From Desulfomonilia bacterium (lineage in GTDB: Bacteria > Desulfobacterota > Desulfomonilia > UBA1062): 64,000 nucleotides of DNA. This document shows, in pieces, positions 42,141-51,852 of the stretch (the first letter of the stretch is position 1; the number at the start of each line of letters is the position of its first letter). The notes under the pieces are model-generated. The model was not told the DNA's origin, ran no database searches, and was given only the letters and a program-made list of their open reading frames with translations. The position numbers and the translations under genes are program-made. The DNA lies in the NCBI GenBank assembly GCA_050014195.1, contig JBEKDT010000002.1, forward strand, positions 320,001 to 384,000, written 5' to 3'.

Positions 42141-43382
42141 ATGACGAAGAAAAGCCCTGTGAGCTCGCTGCAGAAACAGCTGATGACACGGCATTACAAC
42201 AATGCCTTTCATGCAAAGCAGGAAGGCAGACCGGTAGTATATGTCACCGCCATGTTCCCGGTGGAGATCGTCAGGGCCTTCGAGCCCCATGTGGCCATAG
42301 TATACCCTGAGAACCATGCAGTGAACATCATTGTCAGCGGTATGGCCGAGGAATTGTCATCGCTCGCGATAACCAGAGAGCACCTCGACACCATGGGCTG
42401 TTCTTATGAACTGGCGAACACAGGCTACCTGCTGGCAATGCATGGCTTACAGGAATCAGGGGCGTCCGAAGCGATGAAGAAACTCCCTCCCCTGCCAGCC
42501 CCTGACATACTGCTCGCATGTAACAACCAGTGTGACGTGGTGGCCGAATGGTACCAGAACCTGAGCGCACTATGCGGCAATATCCCTTACCGGGTGATCA
42601 ATGTGGGCAACCGTTATGACGGTGTGGTGGATCCTTCACGTGTTCAATATGTAAGAGAGCAGCTCCTCGATGTCATTAGCCTGCTCGAAGAAAAGACTCT
42701 CACCCATCTGGACCGGGACCTATTGCTGGAGATCGCCGGCCGGGCCAACCAGGCCGCAGGGCTGTGGAAACGCTACCTCGATTTCGGGAAGCGCATACCC
42801 TCGCCCATAACCGCATTTGACGGCTTCTTCCACATGGCACTCATTGTTTCCGAGCGCGGGACCAAGAGTGCCATTGATTATTATGAAAAGCTCCTGAAAG
42901 AGACTTTAGACCGCGTGGATTCGGGAGAAGCGGCTGTGAGCCCGGAGCGGCACCGGGTGCTGTGGGACAACCTGGCCACCTGGTTCAACTTCGGAGAGCT
43001 CAAGCGGACCCTGGCAGGCCGGGGCACGGCAGTGGTAGGCTCCACCTATCTTGATGTCTGGAAAAAGGAGTTCGACACATCGAGCTTTGATACCCTGCTT
43101 ACCAGCATGGCCGAGGCGTATTGCGTCATGTATACCAATCTCACACTGCAAGAGCGTATTGCATTGTGGAAGCAGATGGTGCGCGATTACCGGGCCGAGG
43201 GCGTGCTCTTCCACAACAACAGGAGCTGCCATACCTTCTCGCGCCTGCAGGGCCAGATCGCCGAGGCCCTGAAGAAAGAATTCGGCGAAGGCTTCAAGGC
43301 AATCGTCTTTGACGGCGACATGGGGCTTGAAGAACGCTTTCAGAAGCACCGGTTCTTTACTGCCATCGAAACCTTCTTTTAA
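42141..43382 (+). CDS. 2-hydroxyacyl-CoA dehydratase subunit (HgdA/B family)
   Basis: YPENH, CSY, CNNQC, RSC, FDGD. Confidence 0.85.
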   Translation: MTKKSPVSSLQKQLMTRHYNNAFHAKQEGRPVVYVTAMFPVEIVRAFEPHVAIVYPENHAVNIIVSGMAEELSSLAITREHLDTMGCSYELANTGYLLAMHGLQESGASEAMKKLPPLPAPDILLACNNQCDVVAEWYQNLSALCGNIPYRVINVGNRYDGVVDPSRVQYVREQLLDVISLLEEKTLTHLDRDLLLEIAGRANQAAGLWKRYLDFGKRIPSPITAFDGFFHMALIVSERGTKSAIDYYEKLLKETLDRVDSGEAAVSPERHRVLWDNLATWFNFGELKRTLAGRGTAVVGSTYLDVWKKEFDTSSFDTLLTSMAEAYCVMYTNLTLQERIALWKQMVRDYRAEGVLFHNNRSCHTFSRLQGQIAEALKKEFGEGFKAIVFDGDMGLEERFQKHRFFTAIETFF

Positions 43383-43524
43383 GATATGAGATAAAAGCTT
43401 CATGAGAATACCCGGCAAAAAGTGTTAGAAAAGAACGTGCACATCATTTTTTTCAGTAATCTTGCACCGTATCTCTTGACCATTACACGCTTGGCGGTAT
43501 TCATAGAATGAAAAGAGAACCTTT

Positions 43525-44949
43525 ATGCACAACCCTCGGAGCTATGCCTTTTATAACATGGGGCTCTTTGACGGTGAGTCGGAGAGGCTGCACCACGGCA
43601 AATGTGTCGTGGTGGAAGGGAAAAACATCCTGTCCATAGATGAAGGCCCGGATGCGGCTAAGTCTGCAGGATTTATAACAATCGATCTCAACGGCTTCAC
43701 CCTCATGCCCGGCCTCATCGATTGCCATGTGCACCTCACTATGCCGTTCATGACGCATGTTACTCGCAAGGCGATCATGGATTTATCCACCCAAATCGAG
43801 CGGAACGCCAAGGTATGCATAGAAGCGGGCATCACCACAGTCCGTGATGCAGGAGGCTTCCCCCGCAGGCTTATGAGCCTTATCACCGAGGTGAACAGCG
43901 GTGATCTGCCAGGCCCCAGGATTATCAGATGCAACTCTAGCATCACCACCCCTCGTGGATGCCCTGAGTGGGTTCCTTATTTCAACCCTCTTGTAAGATA
44001 CTTCATGGGCGGGCAGTATGTCGAACGGGTGAAAACACCCTCAGAGGCAAAGAACCGGGTTGAGGAGATGGTACGCATGGGCGCGGACTGGATCAAGATC
44101 TACTGCCAGCACAAATCAACACTGCTCGGCAGGGGGGATCTTCCCGTGTTCGACTCCTCGACCTTCAAGGCCATCATGGATACTGCCCGCAGGTATAAGA
44201 AGAAGGTATGCTGCCGCATCAGCTCCATTAAAGATCTAAAATACGCCATGTCCATGGGTGTTAACACCTTCGAGCACGGCCCCATCGAGGAGATACCGGA
44301 CGATACGGCCATGGAGTTTTCAGCCAAGGACATGGTGTTGAACCCCACACTCGCCTGCCTTGACCTCGGAGACGAATCATTATGGGCAATGCTTGAGACA
44401 ATAGTGAATAAACATGGCAAGACCTTCCTGGAGCCCGAGCCTTTGAGGCAGGTCAAGGAGTATATCGCCATCTACCGGGAAAGGCCCTACCCTCCTCCTG
44501 AGGAGGAATATCTGAAGAGACCTTATATAGACAAACCGCTGCTTTCCAGGGGCTTCCATCTGGCACTTGCCAATGTCGGAAAAATCCTGCATGCAGGCGG
44601 GCGCATAGGGGTAGCAAGCGACTCGGGGGGGCTCCCTGCCGCATTTTTTGGGGTGTTCTATCCTGAAGAGCTCAAGAGGCTTAACCGGGCAGGGCTTACG
44701 CCTGCACAAGTGCTTGCGGCCGCCACATCGGGAAACGCATCCATACTGGGCATTGATCACACCCTTGGCACCATAAAACCCGGGATGACAGCCGACCTGA
44801 TAGCAATCGACGGCAACCCCCTGGAAAACCTCGATGCCATGAAATATGTCAAGATTGTCATGAAGGGCGGCAACTTCATGAAAGGCGAGCCGGAAGCGGC
44901 TTCATTCCAGAGTATGGTGATGTCGCGGCATCAAATATACATGCACTGA
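43525..44949 (+). CDS. Metal-dependent amidohydrolase
   Basis: PGLIDCHVH, IKIY, EHG, ASDSG, GTIKPGMTADL. Confidence 0.9.
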   Translation: MHNPRSYAFYNMGLFDGESERLHHGKCVVVEGKNILSIDEGPDAAKSAGFITIDLNGFTLMPGLIDCHVHLTMPFMTHVTRKAIMDLSTQIERNAKVCIEAGITTVRDAGGFPRRLMSLITEVNSGDLPGPRIIRCNSSITTPRGCPEWVPYFNPLVRYFMGGQYVERVKTPSEAKNRVEEMVRMGADWIKIYCQHKSTLLGRGDLPVFDSSTFKAIMDTARRYKKKVCCRISSIKDLKYAMSMGVNTFEHGPIEEIPDDTAMEFSAKDMVLNPTLACLDLGDESLWAMLETIVNKHGKTFLEPEPLRQVKEYIAIYRERPYPPPEEEYLKRPYIDKPLLSRGFHLALANVGKILHAGGRIGVASDSGGLPAAFFGVFYPEELKRLNRAGLTPAQVLAAATSGNASILGIDHTLGTIKPGMTADLIAIDGNPLENLDAMKYVKIVMKGGNFMKGEPEAASFQSMVMSRHQIYMH

Positions 44950-45086
44950 TACTACTCCTTAGTAAACCGCACCGGGTTGCAGATTAGTTTTCGAATTAGT
45001 AAGCACATCCTTTTCCTGAATGCAAAGATAGGTTATAGTCCCATGTTCAATAAGGCTTCACATCTATCCAGAAAGGGTAAGAATTC

Positions 45087-46448
45087 ATGGGCGGGATTAT
45101 GGTAAGCAAATTCGGCGGCAGCTCGGTGGCCAATGCTGTCCAGATTGAAAAGGTCAGAAGAATCGTCATGGCGGATAAGAGACGGCACATCATCGTGGTA
45201 TCGGCCCCGGGCAAGGATGCAAACGATACCGAGAAGGTCACCGACCACCTTTTCAATCTTGCCACGAACGGCGAGTACTTCCAGATACGGGGAAAAGACG
45301 TCAACCCCAGGGAAAGTCACGAAAGTGTGGTGGGTAAATTCAAAGGCCTTATTCGTGATTTTGCAATCGAGGGTGACGACATCATCGAAGACCTGGAGGC
45401 GGACCTGAACAGCGCAATCGAAGGCCGCAAACGGATTGACTTCTTTGCATCAAGGGGTGAACACTACAGCGCCAAGGTAATTGCCCGTTACTTCAGAAAC
45501 AAGGGTATGCAGGCCGCCCTACGGCTGCCTGAGGATATCGGTTTTCTCGTAACGGAGCGTTTCGGCAATGCCAAGATCCTCCCCGGCACCTATGTCAACC
45601 TGAAGGAGAACCTCACGGATGAAGGGATAATCATTATCCCCGGTTATTACGGCATCACCCTGAAAGGCGATATCGCAGTCCTGTCCCGTGGAGGCTCCGA
45701 CCTCACGGGTGGAGATGTGGCCTATGCCATGGATGCAGCCATCTATGAGAACTGGACCGACACGGACGGCATCTTTCAGGTGGATCCGCGTATCATCCCG
45801 GAGGCAAAAGTCATACCTGAGCTGACCTACAAGGAGATACGGCTGCTGAGTTATCGGGGGTTCAATGTCTTCCACTTCGATGCGATGCTCAACTGCAAAC
45901 ACAAGAACATCCCCATCAATATCCGGAATACAAACAACCCCGATGCACCGGGGACGATGATCGTGGGTTCGCGCATACCCGAGGAGACCGTGGTGGGCAT
46001 CGCCCGCATGGATGGGCTCGCCTATGTCTACATCGAGAAAGACATGATCGGTGAGACCATCGGCTTTACCATGGAATTGCTAGATATCTTCAAGGACTTC
46101 AACATCAATACCCACCACTACCCGTCCGACATGGACGATATCGCTGTTATCGTAGATCAGGTGGACCTTGCCGGCAAGGTCGATGACATAAAGGCCCTGA
46201 TCAAGCAGCAGCTCAATCCTGATTATATAGATATCCAGACGAATCTGAGCCTTCTTTCCCCGGTAGGCTCAGGCATGAAGGACACCCCCGGTGTATTGGC
46301 CAAGGCCGCCGATGCGCTCTACCGTGAAGGCATAAATATCGATGTGGTCGACCAGGGGCCGTCCCAGATGAGCTTTCATTTCGGGATCAATCAAAAGTAT
46401 GGTGATGCCGGGCTCAAGGCCCTCTTTAAAGAGATGCTGAGGCATTAA
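45087..46448 (+). CDS. lysC: Aspartate kinase
   Basis: KFGGSS, VVSAPG, SRGGSDLTG, C-terminal ACT domains. Confidence 0.92.
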   Translation: MGGIMVSKFGGSSVANAVQIEKVRRIVMADKRRHIIVVSAPGKDANDTEKVTDHLFNLATNGEYFQIRGKDVNPRESHESVVGKFKGLIRDFAIEGDDIIEDLEADLNSAIEGRKRIDFFASRGEHYSAKVIARYFRNKGMQAALRLPEDIGFLVTERFGNAKILPGTYVNLKENLTDEGIIIIPGYYGITLKGDIAVLSRGGSDLTGGDVAYAMDAAIYENWTDTDGIFQVDPRIIPEAKVIPELTYKEIRLLSYRGFNVFHFDAMLNCKHKNIPINIRNTNNPDAPGTMIVGSRIPEETVVGIARMDGLAYVYIEKDMIGETIGFTMELLDIFKDFNINTHHYPSDMDDIAVIVDQVDLAGKVDDIKALIKQQLNPDYIDIQTNLSLLSPVGSGMKDTPGVLAKAADALYREGINIDVVDQGPSQMSFHFGINQKYGDAGLKALFKEMLRH

Positions 46449-46551
46449 ACAAAGGATTCACCGGGATTACTTACATCATATTCTTCAAGACAAACGTTCC
46501 TTATCAGTGGTAGATATTTTAGTTGATAAACACCAAGAAAGGAGGGTTTGT

Positions 46552-46869
46552 ATGATCGTCGTCGTTGCCGTAATGAAGGCCAAGAAAGGGAAAGAACAGG
46601 AAATGGAGGATGCATTAAGATGGCTCATCCCCCAGGTGGATTCCGAATCGGGCACCTTGCAGTATGTCCTCCATCGGGCCAGGAAAGACACAGGCAAATT
46701 TCTCTTCTACGAGAAGTACCGGGACAAGGATGCGCTCAATACCCACAGCTCAACACCTTACTTCGCAGAGCTCTTCGGGAAGATAGCACCTTTACTCGAT
46801 GGTGATCCTTCCATCGAGATCTATGAGGATATTGCATCGATCCAGGAAAAGATCTACCAGGCCCCATGA
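46552..46869 (+). CDS. Antibiotic-biosynthesis-monooxygenase family protein (putative quinol monooxygenase)
   Basis: E.GTLQY.LH, FYEKY.D..A...H..TPYF; start after AGGAGG. Confidence 0.88.
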   Translation: MIVVVAVMKAKKGKEQEMEDALRWLIPQVDSESGTLQYVLHRARKDTGKFLFYEKYRDKDALNTHSSTPYFAELFGKIAPLLDGDPSIEIYEDIASIQEKIYQAP

Positions 46870-46948
46870 GGATATTAGGTACTATTCAATAATATTGGGT
46901 AAATCTTATCATTCCATTGCCCAAGGGTGCATGATCTCTTGAAAGGAG

Positions 46949-47503
46949 ATGCGCATGAAACCTATTGGACCATTGATGTGGGAACACAGGCTCATCGAGC
47001 AGATCATCCCCCTCATTAAGAATGAAATTAAAAACATTGAAAACACCAAGAGAACGAACGTGATATTCATAGAGAAGGCAGTGGACTTTTTCAGGACCTA
47101 TGCCGATCGAACCCATCACGGCAAGGAGGAGGATATTCTCTTTAAGGCCCTGGAAGAAAAGCCTCTCTCGGATGACCTTGTGAAAATAATGAATGAGCTT
47201 ATGGACGAGCATACCATTGCCAGAAAGAATGTGCATGCCATCCTGGATGCAAGGCATGAGTATGTGAACGGCAAGGATGAGGTCATAGGGATTATCCTTA
47301 AAGGTCTCACCGACCTTTCGAACCTCTACCCGGTGCACATTGAAAAGGAGGATAAGCGTTTCTTCTTCCCTGTCATGGAATATTTCACGAACAAGGAACA
47401 GGAAAAGATGCTCGATGCGTTCCGGGAGTTTGACCGCAAGATGATCCACGAGAAATATCAGAATATCATGGAGCAGCTTGGGGTAAGGGTAAAGAGATGG
47501 TGA
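46949..47503 (+). CDS. Hemerythrin/HHE domain protein
   Basis: EHRLI, HHGKEE, EH, HIEKED. Confidence 0.9.
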   Translation: MRMKPIGPLMWEHRLIEQIIPLIKNEIKNIENTKRTNVIFIEKAVDFFRTYADRTHHGKEEDILFKALEEKPLSDDLVKIMNELMDEHTIARKNVHAILDARHEYVNGKDEVIGIILKGLTDLSNLYPVHIEKEDKRFFFPVMEYFTNKEQEKMLDAFREFDRKMIHEKYQNIMEQLGVRVKRW

Positions 47504-47603
47504 AGCAGCCGTGATCCTTGCCTTTTCATGCAGCCTTCATCTGTCACATTTATATTGCATCAACACCCTGAAGATCAAAATAATGTAGAAGTGTAATGGG
47601 TTG

Positions 47604-47612
47604 TGTTATAAT
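47604..47612 (+). promoter_or_regulatory. Extended -10 promoter element
   Basis: TGTTATAAT ~45 nt upstream of the first methyltransferase. Confidence 0.45.
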
Positions 47613-47657
47613 CTTAAAGAGTATACATTCTTGTAAAATTAGGTTGAGAGGATACAC

Positions 47658-48329
47658 ATGAAAGACGAACACGGGATAAAAGACGGATACTGGTTAATGG
47701 GGTTTCAGTATGAGTTTACCGGCAGTCTTTATAGTTTGGGGCAGATTCCACGATGTAAAGTTGCAATGCTGGATCATTTGAACAGGGATGATAAACTCCT
47801 CGTAGCAGGTGTGGGACATGGCATTGAAGCAATAGAAGCCGCCAAGAGAGGGGTTAATGTTACGGCGGTTGATATTTCAAAAACCATGTTAAAGTACATG
47901 CAGAAGAAAATTGACCGGGCAAACCTGGATAAGCCGATACAGATAATAAACAATAATATCCTTAATGTTAACTATCCTGCCGAGTATGACATGGTTATAG
48001 CAAACTACTTCCTGAATGTGTTTCCAAAAGAAAAGATGCTGCAGATTCTGACCCATCTCACAACCTTTGTAAAACCCGGCGGGTATATGGTGATAGGCGA
48101 TTTTGCGCTGCCGCTAAGCGGCGGATGGTTCTATAAGGCATTTCAAAACATCTATTGGTACTTAGCTGCAACACTCTACTGGCTTACCGCGGATAATGCC
48201 GTCCATCCCATATATGATTATCCCGGTCTTCTCAAATCATTGGGCTTTGAGATAGCTGAGATAAAGTATTGTAAGATGCTTACCATGAACTGCCATTGGT
48301 CTATACTGGGAAAGAAAAAGGCGGCATAA
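47658..48329 (+). CDS. Class I SAM-dependent methyltransferase (paralog 1)
   Basis: LVAGVGHG, VTAVDIS, ANYFLNVF, KPGG. Confidence 0.9.
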   Translation: MKDEHGIKDGYWLMGFQYEFTGSLYSLGQIPRCKVAMLDHLNRDDKLLVAGVGHGIEAIEAAKRGVNVTAVDISKTMLKYMQKKIDRANLDKPIQIINNNILNVNYPAEYDMVIANYFLNVFPKEKMLQILTHLTTFVKPGGYMVIGDFALPLSGGWFYKAFQNIYWYLAATLYWLTADNAVHPIYDYPGLLKSLGFEIAEIKYCKMLTMNCHWSILGKKKAA

Positions 48330-48390
48330 TATCTATGCCCCACTCCATGAACACATGATGGATATGCCCTCATAATAAAAGGAGCGGTTC

Positions 48391-49041
48391 ATGAAAGACG
48401 GGTATTGGCTGGTTGGATATCAGTATGAGTTGTCTGGTTATTTATACAGCTTGGGACGGATTCCCAAATGTAAATCAGCTATGCTCAAACACCTTAACCC
48501 GAACGACAAGGTGCTTGTCGCCGGCGTCGGGCACGGGACGGAAGCGATAGAAGCGAGTAGGCTGGGTGCGGATGTAACGGCTGTCGACTTGTCGGAGACC
48601 ATGCTCAATCAATTTCGTAAGCGCATAGCAAAGGAGAACCCTCCCAAAGAGATCCGGGTCATCCATGATGACATCTTCAATGTCAAGGATACCGGGCAAT
48701 ATGACATGGTGATTGCCAATTTCTTCCTGAATGTTTTTTCCGAAACAAGGGTGGTGGAAGTAGCAAACCACCTTGGGACACTTGCCAAACCGGGCGGCTA
48801 CTTTGTTGTGGGAGAATTTGTTCTGCCGGAAAAAAACGGATGGCGAGGGATTCTTCAGAGGGCCAACTGGTATTTCGCCATAACGTTTTACAGCGCTACC
48901 ACGGAAGCGGTTTTTCACCCGGTGTGGGATTATCCTGCCCTCGTGGAGGGATCCGGCTGTAAAATCCAGGAGATTGAATATTTTAAAATTTTTAATACCA
49001 ACTTGTACTGGTCGATCTTGGGAAAAAAATCTAGACAATAA
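48391..49041 (+). CDS. Class I SAM-dependent methyltransferase (paralog 2)
   Basis: Same motifs as the upstream paralog (LVAGVGHG, ANFFLNVF, KPGG). Confidence 0.9.
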   Translation: MKDGYWLVGYQYELSGYLYSLGRIPKCKSAMLKHLNPNDKVLVAGVGHGTEAIEASRLGADVTAVDLSETMLNQFRKRIAKENPPKEIRVIHDDIFNVKDTGQYDMVIANFFLNVFSETRVVEVANHLGTLAKPGGYFVVGEFVLPEKNGWRGILQRANWYFAITFYSATTEAVFHPVWDYPALVEGSGCKIQEIEYFKIFNTNLYWSILGKKSRQ

Positions 49042-49086
49042 CCCCACTTCCTTTGCTCTTGAATAAAAGCCAAGCTCATTATATTA

Positions 49087-51816
49087 TTGGTCTTCATGAA
49101 AGAATCGATTAAAAAGAAGAAGATCAAACCACAAGGATCGCCGGGGATCTCACATCGAGACACACGACCACTCATGACAAGGGGCGCTTTTTTCATTGTC
49201 GGTATCGGTGCGTCCGCCGGAGGACTGGAGGCGCTGGAACAGCTCCTGGGCAATGTATCAGAGGGCAGAGGCATAGCCTATGTCATCGTCCAGCACCTGG
49301 ACCCCACACACAAGGGTATCATGCCCGAGCTCCTGCAACGCATGACACACATGAAGGTCACCCAGGTAAAAGACCGCACACCGGTCAAACCGGGCCAAGT
49401 CTATGTGATCCCGCCGAACAAGGACATGTCGGTCCTGCATGGGGTTCTTCATCTGCTCGAGCCCACAGCGGCGCGGGGGCTTCGTCTGCCGATTGATTTC
49501 TTTTTCCGCTCCCTGGCAGAGGACCAGCGGGAACACAGTGTGGGCATTATCCTTTCGGGCATGGGCACCGACGGCACGCTGGGTATCAAGGCCATCAAGG
49601 AACTTGGTGGGTTGGTCCTGGTGCAGGATCCGGCCACCGCCAAATTCGACAGCATGCCTCGCAGCGCCATAGGAACAGGGCTCGTCGATTATGTGGCTCC
49701 GGCAAAGGAACTGTACGGCAAGCTCATTGACCTTCTCCAACACCCCCTTCGCGACCAGCGGGCCGAGCCTCTCCTGGAAAGCAAGATGCAGTCGGCTCTG
49801 GAAAAGATCATAATCCTGCTCAGGACCCACACGGGCCAAGATTTCTCACTGTATAAAAAGGGCACCTTGTACCGCCGGATCGAGCGGCGCATGGGCATCC
49901 ACCAGATTGACAAGATCGCCCATTATGTCCGTTTTTTACAAGAAAATTCCCAGGAGCTGGAGCTTCTCTTCAAAGAGCTCCTCATCGGCGTAACGAATTT
50001 TTTCCGGGATCAGGCAGCCTGGGAGTACCTGAAGGAGCATGCCATACCGGCCCTCCTGGCAAGCAGACCGGATGGCGGCTTGATCCGGGCATGGACCCCG
50101 GGCTGCTCTACAGGCGAGGAGGCCTACTCGCTCGCCATCGTGTTCAAGGAGGCACTGGATCGTAGCAAACTTAAGGGGAATTATACGTTGCAGGTCTTTG
50201 CCACCGACCTGGACAAGGATGCCATTGATAAAGCCCGCCAGGGCGCTTACCCCTCCAACATTGCCGCGGATGTCTCCCCCGAGCGCCTGCACAGGTTTTT
50301 CGTCAGGGAAGAGAGCAGCGGCTACCGGGTCGTCAAGGATATCCGCGAGATGGTGATAATGGCGGTGCAAAATGTCACCATGGATCCGCCCTTTACCAAG
50401 CTGGACATCCTGATATGCCGGAACCTCCTGATTTACCTTACCCCGGAATTGCAGAAAAAGATCTTACCGTTGTTCCATTACAGTTTGAACCCAGGCGGTA
50501 TCCTGTTCCTGGGGAGCGCCGAGACCACCGGCGGCTTTTCCGACCTCTTCACCCCGCTTGAAAGAAAATGGAGGATCTATCGGCGCAAAGAGTCTCATGG
50601 AAAAGCGAGGCTGGTGGAATTACCGTCCTCATTCTTCATTGAGCCCCCGGCCCTTCTCAGAGAGGCAGAACTGCCCGCGCCGGTACCAAATCTCCAGTCA
50701 CTGACGGATCAGCTGATACTGCAGCAATTCTCCCCACCCGCCGTACTGATCAACGACAAGGGCGACATCCTCTACATCACCGGCAAAACGGGCAAGTATC
50801 TTGAACCGGCAGCCGGCAAGGCCAACTGGAACATTTTTGCCATGGCCCGTGAAGGGATGTACCATGAGTTGTCACGCGCCTTCCAAAAGGTGCTACGGCA
50901 AAAAGGCAACGTCACCATACAAGGTCTGAAGGTAAGGACCAATGGCACAGAGCATGTCGTGGACTTCACCCTCCAGGCGATTGAAGAGCCGGAAGCCCTG
51001 CAAGGGATGTTCCTGGTCGTCTTTAAGGATGTGGCGACCTCCACCGGCAGGAAACCGGCTGTCCGCGTCACGGGCCATTCATCACCACACGCCGCTATCG
51101 CTGAACTGGAGGAGGAGAGCAGACACCTCCGCGAGGATCTGCTGAATACCCGTGAAGAGATGCAGACCTCACAGGAAGAGCTCAAAGCAACCAACGAAGA
51201 GCTTCAGTCCGCCAACGAGGAGCTGCAATCCACCAATGAGGAACTGACCACGTCCAAGGAAGAGATGCAGTCTCTGAATGAGGAACTGCAGACGGTCAAT
51301 GCCGAGCTGCAATCCAGGGTGGATGAGCTTTCGCGATTGAATAACGACATGAAGAACCTGCTCAACAGCACGGAAATCGCCACAGTGTTTCTGGACAAAA
51401 CACTCAATCTGCAGCGGTTCACCCCCCAGACGACCCGGATCATCAAGCTGATCCCAGGCGATGTAGGACGGCTCATCACCGACATCGCATCCGACCTGAT
51501 CTACCCCGCAATGCCCGATGACATTCGGGACGTGCTGCAGACGCTGGTGTTTGTGGAAAAGCAGGTTACTACCCGGGACGGACGCTGGTTTCTCACGCGC
51601 ATCATGCCATACCGCACCCTCGAGGACAAGATTGACGGCGTAGTGATTACCTTTACGGACATCACCGTAGCCAAGACTCTCGAGATGGAACTACGCCGGT
51701 CGCACGACGAGATAGAAGCGAAGGTTGCAGAACGCACTCTCGAGCTTGCAAAGGCAAACGAGGAGCTTCTCTCAGAGATTGCTAAACACAGACAGGGACG
51801 AATCGATAAAGGCTAG
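49087..51816 (+). CDS. CheB methylesterase / CheR methyltransferase / PAS fusion
   Basis: GASAGG, QHL, GMGTDG (CheB triad); GCSTGEEAYS, CRNLLIY (CheR); coiled coil; PAS. Confidence 0.94.
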   Translation: MVFMKESIKKKKIKPQGSPGISHRDTRPLMTRGAFFIVGIGASAGGLEALEQLLGNVSEGRGIAYVIVQHLDPTHKGIMPELLQRMTHMKVTQVKDRTPVKPGQVYVIPPNKDMSVLHGVLHLLEPTAARGLRLPIDFFFRSLAEDQREHSVGIILSGMGTDGTLGIKAIKELGGLVLVQDPATAKFDSMPRSAIGTGLVDYVAPAKELYGKLIDLLQHPLRDQRAEPLLESKMQSALEKIIILLRTHTGQDFSLYKKGTLYRRIERRMGIHQIDKIAHYVRFLQENSQELELLFKELLIGVTNFFRDQAAWEYLKEHAIPALLASRPDGGLIRAWTPGCSTGEEAYSLAIVFKEALDRSKLKGNYTLQVFATDLDKDAIDKARQGAYPSNIAADVSPERLHRFFVREESSGYRVVKDIREMVIMAVQNVTMDPPFTKLDILICRNLLIYLTPELQKKILPLFHYSLNPGGILFLGSAETTGGFSDLFTPLERKWRIYRRKESHGKARLVELPSSFFIEPPALLREAELPAPVPNLQSLTDQLILQQFSPPAVLINDKGDILYITGKTGKYLEPAAGKANWNIFAMAREGMYHELSRAFQKVLRQKGNVTIQGLKVRTNGTEHVVDFTLQAIEEPEALQGMFLVVFKDVATSTGRKPAVRVTGHSSPHAAIAELEEESRHLREDLLNTREEMQTSQEELKATNEELQSANEELQSTNEELTTSKEEMQSLNEELQTVNAELQSRVDELSRLNNDMKNLLNSTEIATVFLDKTLNLQRFTPQTTRIIKLIPGDVGRLITDIASDLIYPAMPDDIRDVLQTLVFVEKQVTTRDGRWFLTRIMPYRTLEDKIDGVVITFTDITVAKTLEMELRRSHDEIEAKVAERTLELAKANEELLSEIAKHRQGRIDKG
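51154..51312 (+). repeat. Coding heptad repeat (EELQSxN)n, degenerate 21-nt period
   Basis: EEMQTSQ-EELKATN-EELQSAN-EELQSTN-EELTTSK-EEMQSLN-EELQTVN. Confidence 0.8.
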
Positions 51817-51852
51817 GCACAGGGGTGAAGTGATACCGGAAGAGGTCAAACC

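Noticed and set aside
44950-45086. Lysine riboswitch upstream of the aspartate kinase
   Set aside because: The spacer is short and no recognisable L-box core or terminator was seen.
51154-51312. Periodic 21-nt repeats as a CRISPR or VNTR array
   Set aside because: Degenerate, spacer-less and in frame; they encode a coiled coil.
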